In this document: positions 13,900 to 26,749 of the stretch, in pieces
Layout: the number at the start of each line of letters is the position of its first letter
How positions within the stretch are numbered: position 1 is the first letter of the stretch
Source: Raillietiella orientalis
Taxonomy: Eukaryota
Assembly: GCA_036172245.1 (NCBI GenBank)
Contig: JAYWIR010000029.1
Location: 62,001 to 126,000, forward strand
Reading direction: 5' to 3'
Length of the DNA stretch: 64,000 bases
Position numbers and translations under genes: made by a program
The notes under the pieces: generated by a model
The model's input: the letters and a program-made list of their open reading frames with translations, nothing else
Told to the model about the DNA's origin: nothing
The model's database searches: none

Positions 13900-16500
13900 T
13901 TCTTCAACATATTATCAGAACACATTCAACATATTTCAGATCTATGTGGAGATAACAAGCAGAAAATTTGTTAAGGTATTTCACTACCGAATAGAGTATC
14001 AAACTAAGAGATTCGGTGCATTCAATTTCGATTGAGACATTTATTGTACGCTCTCTGAAGGTCAGGTAAAAATGCTTGGAAACACATGCAGCTTCACACT
14101 TTCAACGGAGAGGCTGGCTCACTGTCAGATGAATAGAATATGAAAGAATTTTCTTCAGGAAAAAGAAGCTAGTTCTTGGGATGCGTAAAGAGAATGAAAT
14201 ACTAGATAATCTTCAGGTTTGAAAATTAGACTGAGTTCATGTGCATTCCCCAAGTATGGTTCTGCAGTATTTTGAAAAGACTTTTAAAAAATCTTCACGA
14301 TTTATAACATGAGATTTGTTATTCAGATGGTAGAAAGCAACAATCTACATTTGGATGCAACAAGATGTAACATAAGAGTCGCCCTTGCAGTCATAAATGC
14401 AAAAGATGATTATGCTTATTAGATTTAAATCATCTCCGCGGAAAGGCAGAAATCATCACAGAAAAAAGTACATAAAATTGAAAGCAATGTCCTCAAGATG
14501 AAATGTAGAGATAAAAATAGAGTAAAGTGGTCTATAGATGTTGCTAAACTCAGTCATTTTCCTGAGCCTTCTGCAACTTTAGGATTCTTTCATCAGTAAA
14601 TACATTAGTTTTTCGGAAGTTTTATGGGTATTGTTCTTGTTTTCCAGCAGTTTGCTATCTATTTTGTAGAGATATTTCTTTTTCAACTTTTGTCTTCTTT
14701 GTTGAAGTTTGCTTTAGGTTCTTTGGAGTAGAGCGGATATAGCCCACCACACCTGCTGACTTAGTTCTCTAGAAATATCTTTTTGCCTCCAAACTGAGGA
14801 GCTATTTATTCTCCTGTTCTCCCTAGAATGTATTGGATTTATCGATTTCTTCTAAGCCGTACTTGCAAGTTATTTTTCCGAGTGTGTTCACTAGCTCCAT
14901 TTCTCTCTTGCAGCCATAAATGCAACTCATATAGCAAAATGACTAACGAACTTCTGCAGAGTTCATCCTGCTTTCATAGAAGGGAAGCATCAGCGTTATG
15001 CAGACTGCAAACTTTTTACAGGAAGGAGACAAGCGATAAAAACCAAATAAACAAAAAGAAGCTTATTAAATTCTCTGTTAATGGAGAGGATCAGAAGATC
15101 CCACCATTCATTCATTTCATGTTCTTGAAAGTATCCCTTAAGGGACGGATGTGGACTGGAACGTTCAAGTGTTGACACAGCTGGATTCCCAAAACTGCAC
15201 CCTTGCAACAAGAGTGGGAAGACATTCTGACATTGCTTTTTTTTGGCAACGAGTTTCAAGTGTTCTGTAGCGATGATTCAGATCGCAGAATGGGCCACAG
15301 AATAAAAGGGTACAGTGATTAGATATAAAGAAACAAAAGAAAAACTTTCATTAGTGATCGAAAATAGGAGCAAATTGAACCTGAACTGGGGAGGGATTAG
15401 GGATGAAATACCTAAATCTACCAGGATAGGACGTGAGAAAAGAGGGTCTGATGCGTACATCTGGATGAAGACATGAAGAATGGGGATTTGCATTTTCTGC
15501 TCGGATTCTTTCAAGAAGCAGAAGCAGAACTGTTCCCATAGTAGTTTCGAAAGCACTTCTTGGTGTTCCATCATGTCAAGTTAAGCAGTTGTTCTTGCCA
15601 AATCTACCATAGTCTCCATTCTTCCGTCTGATTTATCATTTATTTGTGGATATCGTTTATCTCTTTCCTTTTTATTGTGGATCTCCGAATAGCATGACGC
15701 ACCTTTAAAATCCTCTTTTCTCTCATATGTAGTATTTGACATACTACCCAGAAAAAAAGAAAAAATAACGAGATTCAGATCAACTCGACAGTAGATAAGT
15801 ACAAATAGAGGTAATTTCGGTGTGTAGAATTTAGATGTAAAAAAACGATAAAAGAGAACAGGAAGTAGAAACAGTTACAAAAGGGAGCAAAAGATAGGAG
15901 GACCATATGTACTTAATTGAACAGTGATAAAGTTGATGAGAAGAGCTGAGTATTTCACACTATTTGTTCTCACTAAGTCATCGTTCATCTCTTGTTCAAA
16001 CTTAGGTCATTGTTCGAATGTTGAGAGTGTAACTGAGAGTGTTCTTTGGTACACTCGACAGTCTTCAGATATCATATCCCCGGGAAATTAAGTTTTTGAC
16101 TGATCTGTTGCTTTCTTCGGTTAATCCTAGAAACCATTCTCCATTCTTTGCTTTCAATTGCTGGCCCCTTTAAGTGTGGTCCAGCAAAATCCAAATTCCT
16201 CAAAATTTTCAGCAAGGAGTTCTTTTGTATTTTTCAATGGAAAAGAGCTCATAATCGTTGGTTCTATGCTCTGTCTGGCTTTGTCATTTGCTTCCTTTGT
16301 CTCAGGAACTCTATGGTGCCTAGACAAGTTTGATACGCTTGGAGAAGGCGGGCAAAACGGCTCCCGGCTCCCTTCTTCCTCAGTAAAAGTACTGCTTTCC
16401 AGTTGTAAGTATTTACAAATCGTTCAGCTTAGGTACTATCATGTTATTAACTAAGGTGATCGCTGAGGAGTAGACAGCAGGATTAGAGCAGCAGCTCGTT
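13900..16500 (-). mobile_element. Probable highly decayed LINE remnant
   Basis: Purine-rich minus strand with stop-riddled coding-like fragments (e.g. 'YCRTILGECT' resembling an endonuclease 'ILGDFN' motif). No intact domain seen. Confidence 0.35.
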
Positions 16501-19058
16501 TAATGCCATCAAGTCTGATTAGCTCTTCTGTGAGAAAACCAAATAAAATGAAAATTGAATGACTGAAAATAGCACTTGAATCGGTATAGATGGACTCGAT
16601 GCAACCATTAAACCATCATTCCAAAGTTCCCCAAACTCGTGAATCTCAGGTTTTCTGGATAAATGAAAGTGATTGAATTTTATGCCGAATTTCTAGAAAA
16701 TTCGAATAAAGTAGCTTGGCGAAATTCACTGAAGGGTGACTGCGTATGCAGCGTGCTCATCTCCAGACAGAAATTCCAGAGTGATACTTGAGAGCAGCTG
16801 GTTATTATCCAATTACTATGGGAAAATGGTCGAAACCGGTGGGGTCATGAGATCAAAACTATTTTATACGATGTTTTTCCCGTTTGCATTCCTTACAAGC
16901 TTTTTCCTATTTGCAGTCTTGTGTTCCCGCACTCGCCTGTGCCCATTCTGAGATTTTTTACTCATTCTACAGGTTGTAGCAATGCTAAACTTTCACAGAT
17001 CTGTCGAATCATCTCGTTATTTTTGATCATTGGATGGAGCGAATCTAGGAAAGTCATCGTTTCACACTAAATCACTGAAAAACGAGCAAATCATTTAGGA
17101 TCACACTACAATTTTCGACAGTAAGGGCTCCTGAATTCATGTCAAATGCGAATCCGTGAAGTTTCGTGCGATGCCGAAGTCATCGTTAGGAATGATTCGG
17201 AGTTCCACAGGAAGAATGTGTGCCTTCCCGACTGTCTAGCAAAAGCGAAATCCATCAGTGAATAGGTTTATTTTTTTTTTTTTTTTAAAGAAAGGTACTT
17301 TGCAAAATACCTGCAAATGATCTAGGAGCATAAGAAAGAAATCGTGAGAAATAGGAGCTTTGCAGACAAAACCTTTTGCTTATGTGAGGACCGGCGAAAC
17401 GCAATTCGACTCACAAAATGAATGTCTAGGAAACATAGCCAAAACAAGGATTTTTTTTACGAAAGATTCTTGCATCAAAATTTTTCAATTTACATTCAAA
17501 GGCGATGAGAATCAAAGAACGCAATGCTTGCTGTTCCTCACGTGTTTTTACGAGACTCTGTTTCGTGCTCGAGAAACTAATGCAAATATGAAGAATTAGA
17601 TGACGGCACAAAACATTGTATTCATCGAAAGAATACAATGTTTTACATTCGTGCGACAGTATTCTCCTGTCCTAACTTCTTTTCCTGACATCTCCACTCC
17701 TCCATAGGAGTAAATCCTTAATCAAAGTACATTCCGAAAGCAGGATTCACATCCCAAGATTCTTGCCAACTGGTTTCCTTTTCATTTGCTATTCCGAAAT
17801 CTCATTCTCTCTTCTATGTTTAAGAGTTGCATTCTGTGAATGACCATCAGCACTTTTCATACGTGAATCATCAATTTCAGTCAGTAACCACTGCGGAAGT
17901 GCTGCAGAATGTTTTATTTAAATCTGGCTGACACAATGAAAAGGGTTATTTTTCTGTGACTAGAAATCGTTAGCACAGATCTGTTTTCGATCTCTGCAAA
18001 CGGAATAACCAAGGACTTCCTGCTATGAGGATGTCTTAATGGTCTACGGTCTGCGGTCCTGCGATCGAAGCAACCCTTGGTTGCTTAGATCTCCTCATAG
18101 ACAACAGATGTTTCGTATTAAATGAATGGCTTTCGGACTCGTTATAAAACACGAACATGTTCTGTAAAATGTTTTGGATAGCTGTACTACGATTCCAGCT
18201 TCGAATGAATCTAAAGGGGGGGGGGAAAGATGGAACAGTGTATCAGTCAGGATTCATTGAAAAAGGCAAGATTATCGGAGGCCTGAAGTCTGCAAAGCAG
18301 ACGAATCGTTGAGGAAGGTGTAATGCTGTCGCATTCACATCAGATGGCGATTTCATAACAGAGGCATTCTCGAAATTCTTCATAGTTTCAAGGAATGAAG
18401 TGAAGATAAATTATTGACCTTATTCTAAAAAGAAAGCATTAATCAAATGACATTCAAACCGGAAGGAATTCTGAGCGCACTGTTAACTTTTAAAAGATGA
18501 AAAGATTTGCAAGCAAAAGCGAGAAAAGCTCAAGGCTAAGAAAGAACTTTTTTGCCTTCCTTGGGTGATTTTCAAAGTGATTTTTAATTACTACGTCACT
18601 GGACGCTAAAATAAAATCTCAAAGGTAAAAAAACCAAAGATCTGTCCTTAGTCAGCGTATCGCTAGCGTGGAAAAGGTGGACAATTGCAGAAGATCTTTC
18701 GAGTTGAAAATGCACCTTGATTTGAAACTTAAAATTGACTCCTGAAAAAGATGCCGTATTCTTGTTTCCAGCAAACATCATGGTAAGACCAGAGCTGAAA
18801 TCACTCAGCTATGTACGGTGCTATTCGAGAATAAGAATGTGAATAAAGAAGACGCTTCTCTCTTAATGTCCTCAAGAAAGTACTCGAATCGAAAACTTGC
18901 TTCAGAGAAGATTCTCAACTCTTAAAGTGAAAAGGAGGGAGTAAGAAGCTGCTGACTGACGATGTTCCACTGAAATGACATGCTGACTTCTCAAGACAAT
19001 GGTCAAACAGCAAATTATTGATGTTGCAAGAAAGCACATCCGAGATGCTTCCAGAGCC

Positions 19059-19209
19059 AAGATGGTAAAACCCACGGCCTTTCCCTGTCGGGAAGGAGAC
19101 CGCAGTTCTCTATTCCATACTTCCGGCCGCCGTTATAGGCTCATCTGGGTCTCCTCCTCGGCCGTGATGGCCCTTGTTCTGTTCCCAATTCTGTAGAAGG
19201 AATAGTGCT
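19059..19209 (+). repeat. Dispersed ~150-bp repeat, copy 1 (L1/Tx1 ORF2 fragment)
   Basis: About 89% identical to 26122..26272 by eye, mostly transitions. One + frame reads 'KTHGLSLSGR', like the Tx1 post-RT 'LSLxGR' motif. Confidence 0.85.
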
Positions 19210-20099
19210 TAGAGCTTAACTTACTCCGAATCGGTGCTCTTTTAAGATGCCATGCATAATATCTTTGCATCCACTACCTGCAATCGGCAATACTGCCTTT
19301 CTATTTAAAGCGTCTGAAAGCTGATTTTTTTTTTTTCAAAATACAGTCACATAGACATGGCAAACAATCAGGAAGAGGTTGCAAACTTCATCTCAAGGTA
19401 TGTATTCTCCGAAGGAGAAAAAATTCAGCCACACCTTCTAAATCTATAGATAAAATCTCCAAATTGATTTTTGGAATCGAAAGACACAGCAGTAATCCGT
19501 TTTCTTAGATTTAACCATCCAATTTCTTTGGAATACTTTGAAATGGGAGTTGTCTGAAACCAGTAACGAGGCGGTGGTAAGAGGGAGCCAGGAGAAAACG
19601 AAAGGAGCGGAACATATTTGGTAAGGTCACGTGCCGCACAGATATTCAAAAGATAATCGAAGTTTTTGGAGCGTTTTTGCAAATCCACAATTAGCTAGCA
19701 GAACACCTCAGGGTGGCTCGTGAACCATCTTTCCAATGTTTTCATCCAATGATATTCATGCCAAGGAAAGTCTTCGTGCTGTGATGACCGACCGTATATC
19801 ATGCAAAGTCAGTATAGTTTGCGATGCGTTTCGAACGCACTTCCACGTGTCTAAGCATCGAGTGCATTAGAGTACTTCTCATGCTACTTGCCAGCATGAC
19901 GTCATTTGGTTTTCTTCCTGGAGTGACAAGTCTGGTTCCAGTCTGGTTTGTTGCACGCGCTGTCCGTGAGTTGTCTCTCCCATTCGGTGAACTAGATGGC
20001 CGTGCCTCTTGTTAATGAGTCTTGAATGCTGCACTTAGTGGTTTACTTCGCACCACGCGTTTCTTCCACAGGCGATCCGCACCTTCTCTCGGGCGCGCT

Positions 20100-21551
20100 G
20101 TTCGTATGAGTAGCACGCCGAGGAGAACAGAATGAATTCGTCGATGGTCAGAGGAAGGTACTTACCTTCCTACGAGGTCTCCTGTGAAGCATGCCAACAC
20201 CTCCGGGCTCGAAGTCTGTTCTCAGGAAGAAAAGCAGATTTTCTCGTAGAAAGCGACGCGAGGGATTCAACAGGAGGGAGGGTTCCGAAATTTTCCCAGG
20301 ACACAGATGTTTTCCAAGTCGCACGCAGCAACAGATTAGCTTAGCTCGTTTTCTCTAGGCGTGCACTCCAAGGGATCGAACCTCGAAGTGATTCAGTGGA
20401 CAATCCCTGACAAGGTGGGGTTTGAGCGCCCTCAAATTACACATCGAACACGGAGAATCCGAGATGCTTTCAGTAGAGCTGGATGAGATTAGAGAAGGAA
20501 CGTGACCATTCGGGGGAGGGGAAACGCGACATCGGTATGTGAAAAATCGAAGATCACGAACGACGCTGCAACTGGGACAGAAGGGCAGCAGCCCATCGTC
20601 CTGCCGGAAGTGATCAGAATAGATCCCACGACCGGTAATGCTTTAACGCTTCGAGATTTTTCCTTGAAAAAATGAAAGTACTCCACAAACTTGTTTATTT
20701 CAGGAAACAGCGTCCTCCTCCTCGATGGCGGAAAAGACATTCCGGGCACCATCGACGAATGCATAATTTAGGAGGATTCATGTTCGAAGCAATAGAAGAA
20801 AAACTCAACAGATTAATAGCGATGTCAAGGGAATAGGGCTGAATAGGACAGAACCGATTGAGCTGAAAATGGCACTTTGAGATTTCGGCAGTCTATCAAT
20901 ACATGAGACCTTCATGCTGCACAGTATGACTCAAGAAAGCACAGCTTTCTCTTTCTCATTACAAACTCCTAGGACAAGGGAAGATCTTGTTCTAATGCGG
21001 ACAGCATGATGCATTGAGATGTTTCTTTTAATGGAGGATATTTGGATATTTAGATACATCCAGGCTGCGATACATGATATACTTCCGGTGTGAGCTTCGC
21101 CCATCGGGGATGTTGTGGATCGGATGTGCAGGAGGCATGTGGTTAGAAATGAGCCTCTGAAGCGCACACTCAATCACTGCACCAGCTACTCGGGTCTGTC
21201 TACGAAAAGAAATGATGAGCCGGTGTCCCAGATCAAGAGGACTATCCAACATCAGAGGATGCGGCCTCTAACCAGCCTGTCCTTGAGATTGGCCGCATGT
21301 GTGCTCTAGGGAGAAACGTGAGGCGTCTTCTTCCAGACTGTCCCATCGAGAACTCAGGAGTGGGTCTGGAGGAGCCAAGACAGCGGAAGGAAATCAGATC
21401 TCGGGCACCGGTTCTTCAATTTCCCTTTGAACCATTGGACCCCGAAGACGACGAGATGCTGAAAGAGCTGAGGATTCCTAGGAGACAGGCGGAGCACTTC
21501 AGCACATATGTGATGTGCTCTTACATCGAATACTTGCGGGCACACATCTAA
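20100..21551 (+). mobile_element. Degenerate RLE-type non-LTR retrotransposon (R2/NeSL/Utopia-like), 3' part
   Basis: 'IQAAIHDILPV...DRMCRRHVVRNEPLKRTLNHCTSYSGLSTKRNDEPVSQI' matches the degenerate CCHC knuckle plus RHN motif. It is followed by 'RRLLPDC...QFPFE...MLKELRIP', resembling the PD-(D/E)xK restriction-like endonuclease. Frameshifted. Confidence 0.7.
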
Positions 21552-22740
21552 GGCATCTGTTGTACCATTACAACTTTGATTTCCCATGAATTCGCCACGA
21601 GGAACTGGAATTGTGATGCTCAAATCATGAGTGCATAGTGTCGGCTGCTCAGAGGCATGCAATTTGCTTCCACTTCTTTCATTCCACCATTTGGCATTCC
21701 GAGCTCCGTATCGCGGGTTCCCAGCACACAGGAGTCGCCTATGTTCTTCAGGAACGAGGAGAGTTAGATGCGAATGATGCAAGAGAGCACTTGGGAGCTA
21801 CTCGTGGAAATAGGACAGCAATTAGTTTTTCCATGGTCACCGCGCCAATCTCAATGAGTATTGCGATACTTAATGGGCATACAGCGCGTAAAAAACAAGG
21901 TAATCAACAAGGCAGCGCGTCTTATCTCTCTGAACTATGCAATTCCAAATGCAAGTATCTCAATCACTATAGTAACATTTTTAAGCAAAATGCCAATTTT
22001 CATTACTCAGTTTGTTGCGGAAATTTGCTCGGTAAGAACTACGGGCTTATTGGTTTGCTGACTTTTAGGACTTGCAGCTAGAAAGAATCCAACTGGTGGG
22101 GGTGACCTTGGAGAAAAAATGAATAAATAGGAGAATTTTCGAGAATTGAAAAGCAGTGTCAGGAGATAAGAAATTTTGGAAAACATTTTTCCTTGTAGAG
22201 AATCATTTCGAGTTTATTCTCTTTTGTTTTAATTCGTCGTCGAGTTCCAAGAAGAAACGACATAATTTTTTCATTATACAAAAGGGGTGACATGTCTAGC
22301 ACAAACCAAAACTACTGACAAGAAGTATCAAAAAGCCGTATCAGGAAGCCCTCGATTCCGACGGTCATCGATTGATCTGTGGAAGCAGAAGAAAGTGGAA
22401 GCCTTTCTCAGCAACTATCTAAAAATGATTTCGAAGCACTTTTTGATGATGAAGACACAAGGCCATAATGAAAACACACTCGACGCACGGATAGTTCCAA
22501 TGATGATTTTATTTTCTGTCGGAGATGACCTCTTTCAAAGAGGTTTACACTTTCCGATTCCGGTTGGCCCTGTTCGAAGATTGCTCCTCGTTTCTTTCCT
22601 TTTCTTTTTGGGTGTGCGTGTTTGTGTGTTGTTCGTTGTTGCCACAGTTCATCACAAAACCGGAGCCATAGGATCTCGAGGTCCCTTATTTGTTGGAGGA
22701 ACATTTTCTACCTGTATTCCACACTCTTCCGCGAGCAGCG

Positions 22741-22948
22741 TCACGGACCATACGTGCTGCGGCCATCTGTCGGCGGCAGCCCGCCGAAGGAAATTTGCGT
22801 GGAAGGCGCTCCGCTGAGATTCCGAAACAGTTTGCTCAGGGAGAAGGGACACTTGGAATACTTCTTGAAGCATTTGCCATTCTCGGATCTTCCTAGGTTT
22901 TCAGCTTTGACGTACTGCTTGTGAAAGCTTCCTGCTCCCTTTTTTGGG
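22741..22948 (-). CDS. Terminal exon of a DM4/DM12-family-like arthropod protein (upstream exons not found)
   Basis: Strong pyrimidine-rich CAG acceptor at 22949, then 'QYVKAENLGRSENGKCFKKYSKCPFSL', fitting the Y-x2-A-x3-G...C-x3-Y-x2-CP-x-S C-terminal motif of DM4/DM12-type proteins. Confidence 0.45.
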
Positions 22949-23469
22949 CTGCAGAAGAGAAAAACAAACATCACAAACAATAACACCCGTGTCACAAGAT
23001 GCACAGATTTAGATCTTTTCTATTTCGATTCTGTGTTGAACTTTTTAAGATCCATGCACAACTAGGAAACCAAAAGCAAAAAATTGAATTAGCGATTTCA
23101 AAAGTGCGATTGGCATTCTCTCATTCAGAGACGGAGGAAATGCATCGGCGAAGGAAACAAACTCTGGGTGAGTGCAGAGAAAGCTGGATGTGCGTCGTTT
23201 GCTAGGTTTTCCTGAGATTCGAAAGAGTTATTTCTCGAAGGAAGAACATGAGTAGGCTGCAACCTTTCAAGAGTCCGAGGGTCTGCTGATGTGCTCTTTC
23301 TCGGGGCGGAATTTATCTTAAAAATAGCATGTATTGGAAACGAAACCCATCCACGACTGGAACCGTCCTCAGAGGGAAGATGTTTCTAGACGAGGTGCGA
23401 ATCTGCTTTCATCCCTGAGTTTCAGATCAGCAGCAAAGCCATATCGGAAGAATGAACATTGAATGTGTA

Positions 23470-23513
23470 ACAGATTGGGCTGTAATCAATTTGTTGACTA
23501 CAGCCCAATCTGT
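23470..23513. repeat. Inverted repeat: 20-bp arms with 1 mismatch, 4-nt loop
   Basis: ACAGATTGGGCTGTAATCAA-TTTG-TTGACTACAGCCCAATCTGT. Confidence 0.9.
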
Positions 23514-23999
23514 AAAGAAATTTCGGGTCCTATGGAGTATCCACCTAACCTGCTGCAGAAAAGGCTCCAGTCACAAGTGATCGACAAAAATCCGAGAAAC
23601 TTGAGACTTGGGTAGCGCAGCGTACAGCTTAAGTTTATTTATTTTTTTCTTTCTCCAGGGAGTGTTATATGTAATGCATCGACATAGGTTTAAGATAAGT
23701 CAATGATGCAATATGAGGGCATTCGAGATATGCCAGAAACAGGAAGAAGAGAAACTCAGCAGCTTCATGAATAAGAAGCAGGCCTAAAAATTTGATGAAA
23801 TTATACAGTGAGACAGCACAGCGCAAAGCCAAGAAACATTTGGATTAAGAGTGGAAGTCCTCAGATTCCATTTCTGGTGTTATTTTGGGAGGAGAGGTCA
23901 TTTATTTCAATGTAGTCGAGTCCTCGAATAAGATGGAGATCTAAATTTCAACTCGACGGTCAAAGAAGAGTTTGCATTCGAATCTGGTGTGAATTAATG

Positions 24000-24900
24000 A
24001 CTCAAAAGGTCACTGCAGAGCACGAACAATGCATCGAGAAAATAGAAAACAGATGCTGGAAGAGAGGATAGTTCTACTTTCATGAATTTCAAAACAAAGA
24101 AAAAGTCACAGACAAAGAAAAGGAAGGACAGAGGAAGAAGAGAATGGAGGTTTTCTACTTGAAATCACCTCGAAGAAAAAGAAGCCACTGCAAAGTTTGT
24201 AAGCCTGACCTCAGAAGATTGGCTACTTTTCTTGGAAAGAAAGAAAGCAGGTCTGAGGAAATATCCGAGGATGTGGGTCTCAGAAAAGATACCAGGGCTG
24301 CCTTTTAGTAACACGGTGGTCTTCATGAAAGTGCTTAATGTTTTTGGCAGGCAGAAGGGTTGAGAGAGGTCGTGGGAAAAGATGAGAATTGCCTAGTTGT
24401 TCCAGGCTGCTAGTAGACAAACTTGCCGTGCATTTCAACGAGATTTGTTGCGGATGTGAGTAAATCTCTTAACTGCTTGACTATAAAGTGAGTTATCTGC
24501 CGTCGAAAGCAGACAAGTGGTGTCATATGGTGTGCCGGTCAGCTTGGTCGGAGAGACCGATGAAGAATGGGCATGGTTTTACAATCCAGCAGCCCATTTA
24601 AGAGCATAAACGTGAGCAAAAGGGAGAGTAAGGAACAATAAGAAACACTAACGAAGAAGCGTTTCTATGGTGAGCTTTCATCCACAAGGAGCTCCAAGTT
24701 CAATGAATCGCTGTATCACTGAGTGTGTTTGCTGATTACCAGAGGCGGGACTTAGGAAGCGAAGGAATCATCCAGAAATTGGAAGCTCAGATCCGTAAGA
24801 CCCTCAGATTGTAGTCCAGCACAATCATAGGACTTTCCGAGCAGAAACGGCAGCAGCTCCATGTAATGAAGAAGTTGCTGGTGCAGAAAAAGTATGGAAC
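24000..24900 (+). mobile_element. Probable decayed LINE fragment
   Basis: Purine-rich, stop-riddled coding-like sequence similar in character to neighbouring LINE remnants; no intact motif. Confidence 0.3.
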
Positions 24901-26121
24901 TTGGAAGAGGTCACGACAGTTTTTTCATTAGTGTGAAGAACCCCGAAAGATGGATGGGAAAATGTTGCCGCGGCAACACAAGGAAGAGAAGTCCATGGAA
25001 CTTGCTGCTTCCACGGACCAGGCAGGATGCTACATTTTGTGTCCTTTGCAGGTTTTGTGGTGACTTCTCAATCAACGCTGCGCTTCTCCATCTTTTTCTG
25101 TCTTTCACCACGGAAACGTGGAGCAACTGAAGTCAAGAGCGAAGGGAAGCTCAAAAGCGTGCGGGTCTCCTAACCAACGTTGGTGAGCGGATCATTCATG
25201 GTGCACCGAATGAAATGCCGCGCGTGGTTTTCACGGTAAAATTGAAAGCAAGTAAACGTTTTAAGTGTCATTCAAGGGTGTGAACAGGGTGAGAGGATGT
25301 GCAGAAAGCCACACGCAAAAAGGAAGGAATCCTGGAAACTTATTCCTATGCTGGGGGACAAGGTCAGAGGTTCTTTACCTTTCGGTTCCTGCAACAGTGC
25401 ATGAGAGTACGTAACATCGACGACGGGATTAACATGAAACGCTCACCGGCATCACGAAGAGTCACCAGAATGATCAGTGAACATGCGCGCGATTTTCAGT
25501 TTTCTCAGAAGCCTCCGGGGGTCGCCCCAGCTGACGCTCCATCTAGTTGGCTTCAAAGGCCGACAAGATGGAGTCTCACCCGGAAAATGATGCAATTTAC
25601 TTTGAATCCATTGTTCACTGTTGGCTGTCGACAGTTCTTTCCCAACTTCCCCCTAAGCGCCTTCGAGATGGAGCAGCGGAACTTATGGGGGCGAAGGAGG
25701 GGGATCAGGATCTACTTCAGAAGAGGGGATAGAATCATAAAAGGTCAGCGTTGAGATGGGGGGGGGGCAGGGTGAATGGATTTTGCAGCCATTCGATGGA
25801 AATGTCTTCTGGGTTTTCAGCCGCAGAACGCTCCGAGCACTATCGAGAACTCCTGAGGTCACTTGTCCCAGGGAAAGTGCGAGAAGTCTCTTTTCTGAGG
25901 AGAGGGAAAAAGGCAGGAAGAAATGGAAAGGGGAGGGGGCGGATGCACCTTGCCGATCAAACTTCTCATTCTCTTTCGGAAACGAAACTCCTAGCCTTAT
26001 CCGTTACGAGAGTCGCCCAAGAAGCGCACTGCATAATGCGAGGGAGGAATGAAGGTGACTGCTCCTTCCTACTGTCACAGCTGACCTCATCCGACAGAAA
26101 GGCCAAGAGAGAACCGGAATG

Positions 26122-26272
26122 AAGATAGTAAAACCCACGGCCTTTCCCTGTCGGGAAGAAAACCACAATTCTCTATCCCATCCTTCCGGTCGCTGTTATA
26201 AGCTCATTTGGGTCTCTTCCTCGGCCGTGATGGCCCTTGTTGGGTTCCCAGTTCTGTAGAAGGAATGCTGCT
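26122..26272 (+). repeat. Dispersed ~150-bp repeat, copy 2 (L1/Tx1 ORF2 fragment)
   Basis: About 89% identical to 19059..19209. Confidence 0.85.
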
Positions 26273-26749
26273 AACAGATTCGGGAGCATAGCAAAGGAAG
26301 GAACTGGATAGCGAAGCGAGGATCTGGAGTAGCCAGGAGGGTGTTCGCAACCGAGTCGCAAAGGTCCCAGAACGCTGCTGCCCACTGCATCACTGCATCA
26401 GAGACCACATGAAGAGAAAAAAGCACATGCACAAAACGAGATGTCAAGATGATAACAACACAGGGATGGGAGAGGAGAGACAGAGACAAGGAACTACTTC
26501 TTTTGCATATTCGCCCCTTTCATCTCGTGTTCCTCTGCCTACCCCCTCTGCTCCCTATGTTATGTCGTTCGGATCCCATCTTCTCTTCTCCTCTACCAGC
26601 TCCAGAGGCGCTACTTCCCCCTCCTACTTCCTTTCATGTCAAGTCGCTTTTCACAGTCGTTCCACGGGAAAGCGTCCTCTTGGGACTCATCCACGAAAAA
26701 TGCTTCCGGCAGTAAGGGAGATTACGCGGGAGTGAAATGAATTCCAAGA

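Noticed and set aside
20362..20430. tRNA-like fold on the minus strand (GAGGTTCGATCCCTT T-arm and a 6-bp acceptor-like stem)
   Set aside because: Lacks T8, A14 and the D-loop GG and has no proper anticodon arm; it lies antisense within a retrotransposon remnant, so chance is likely.
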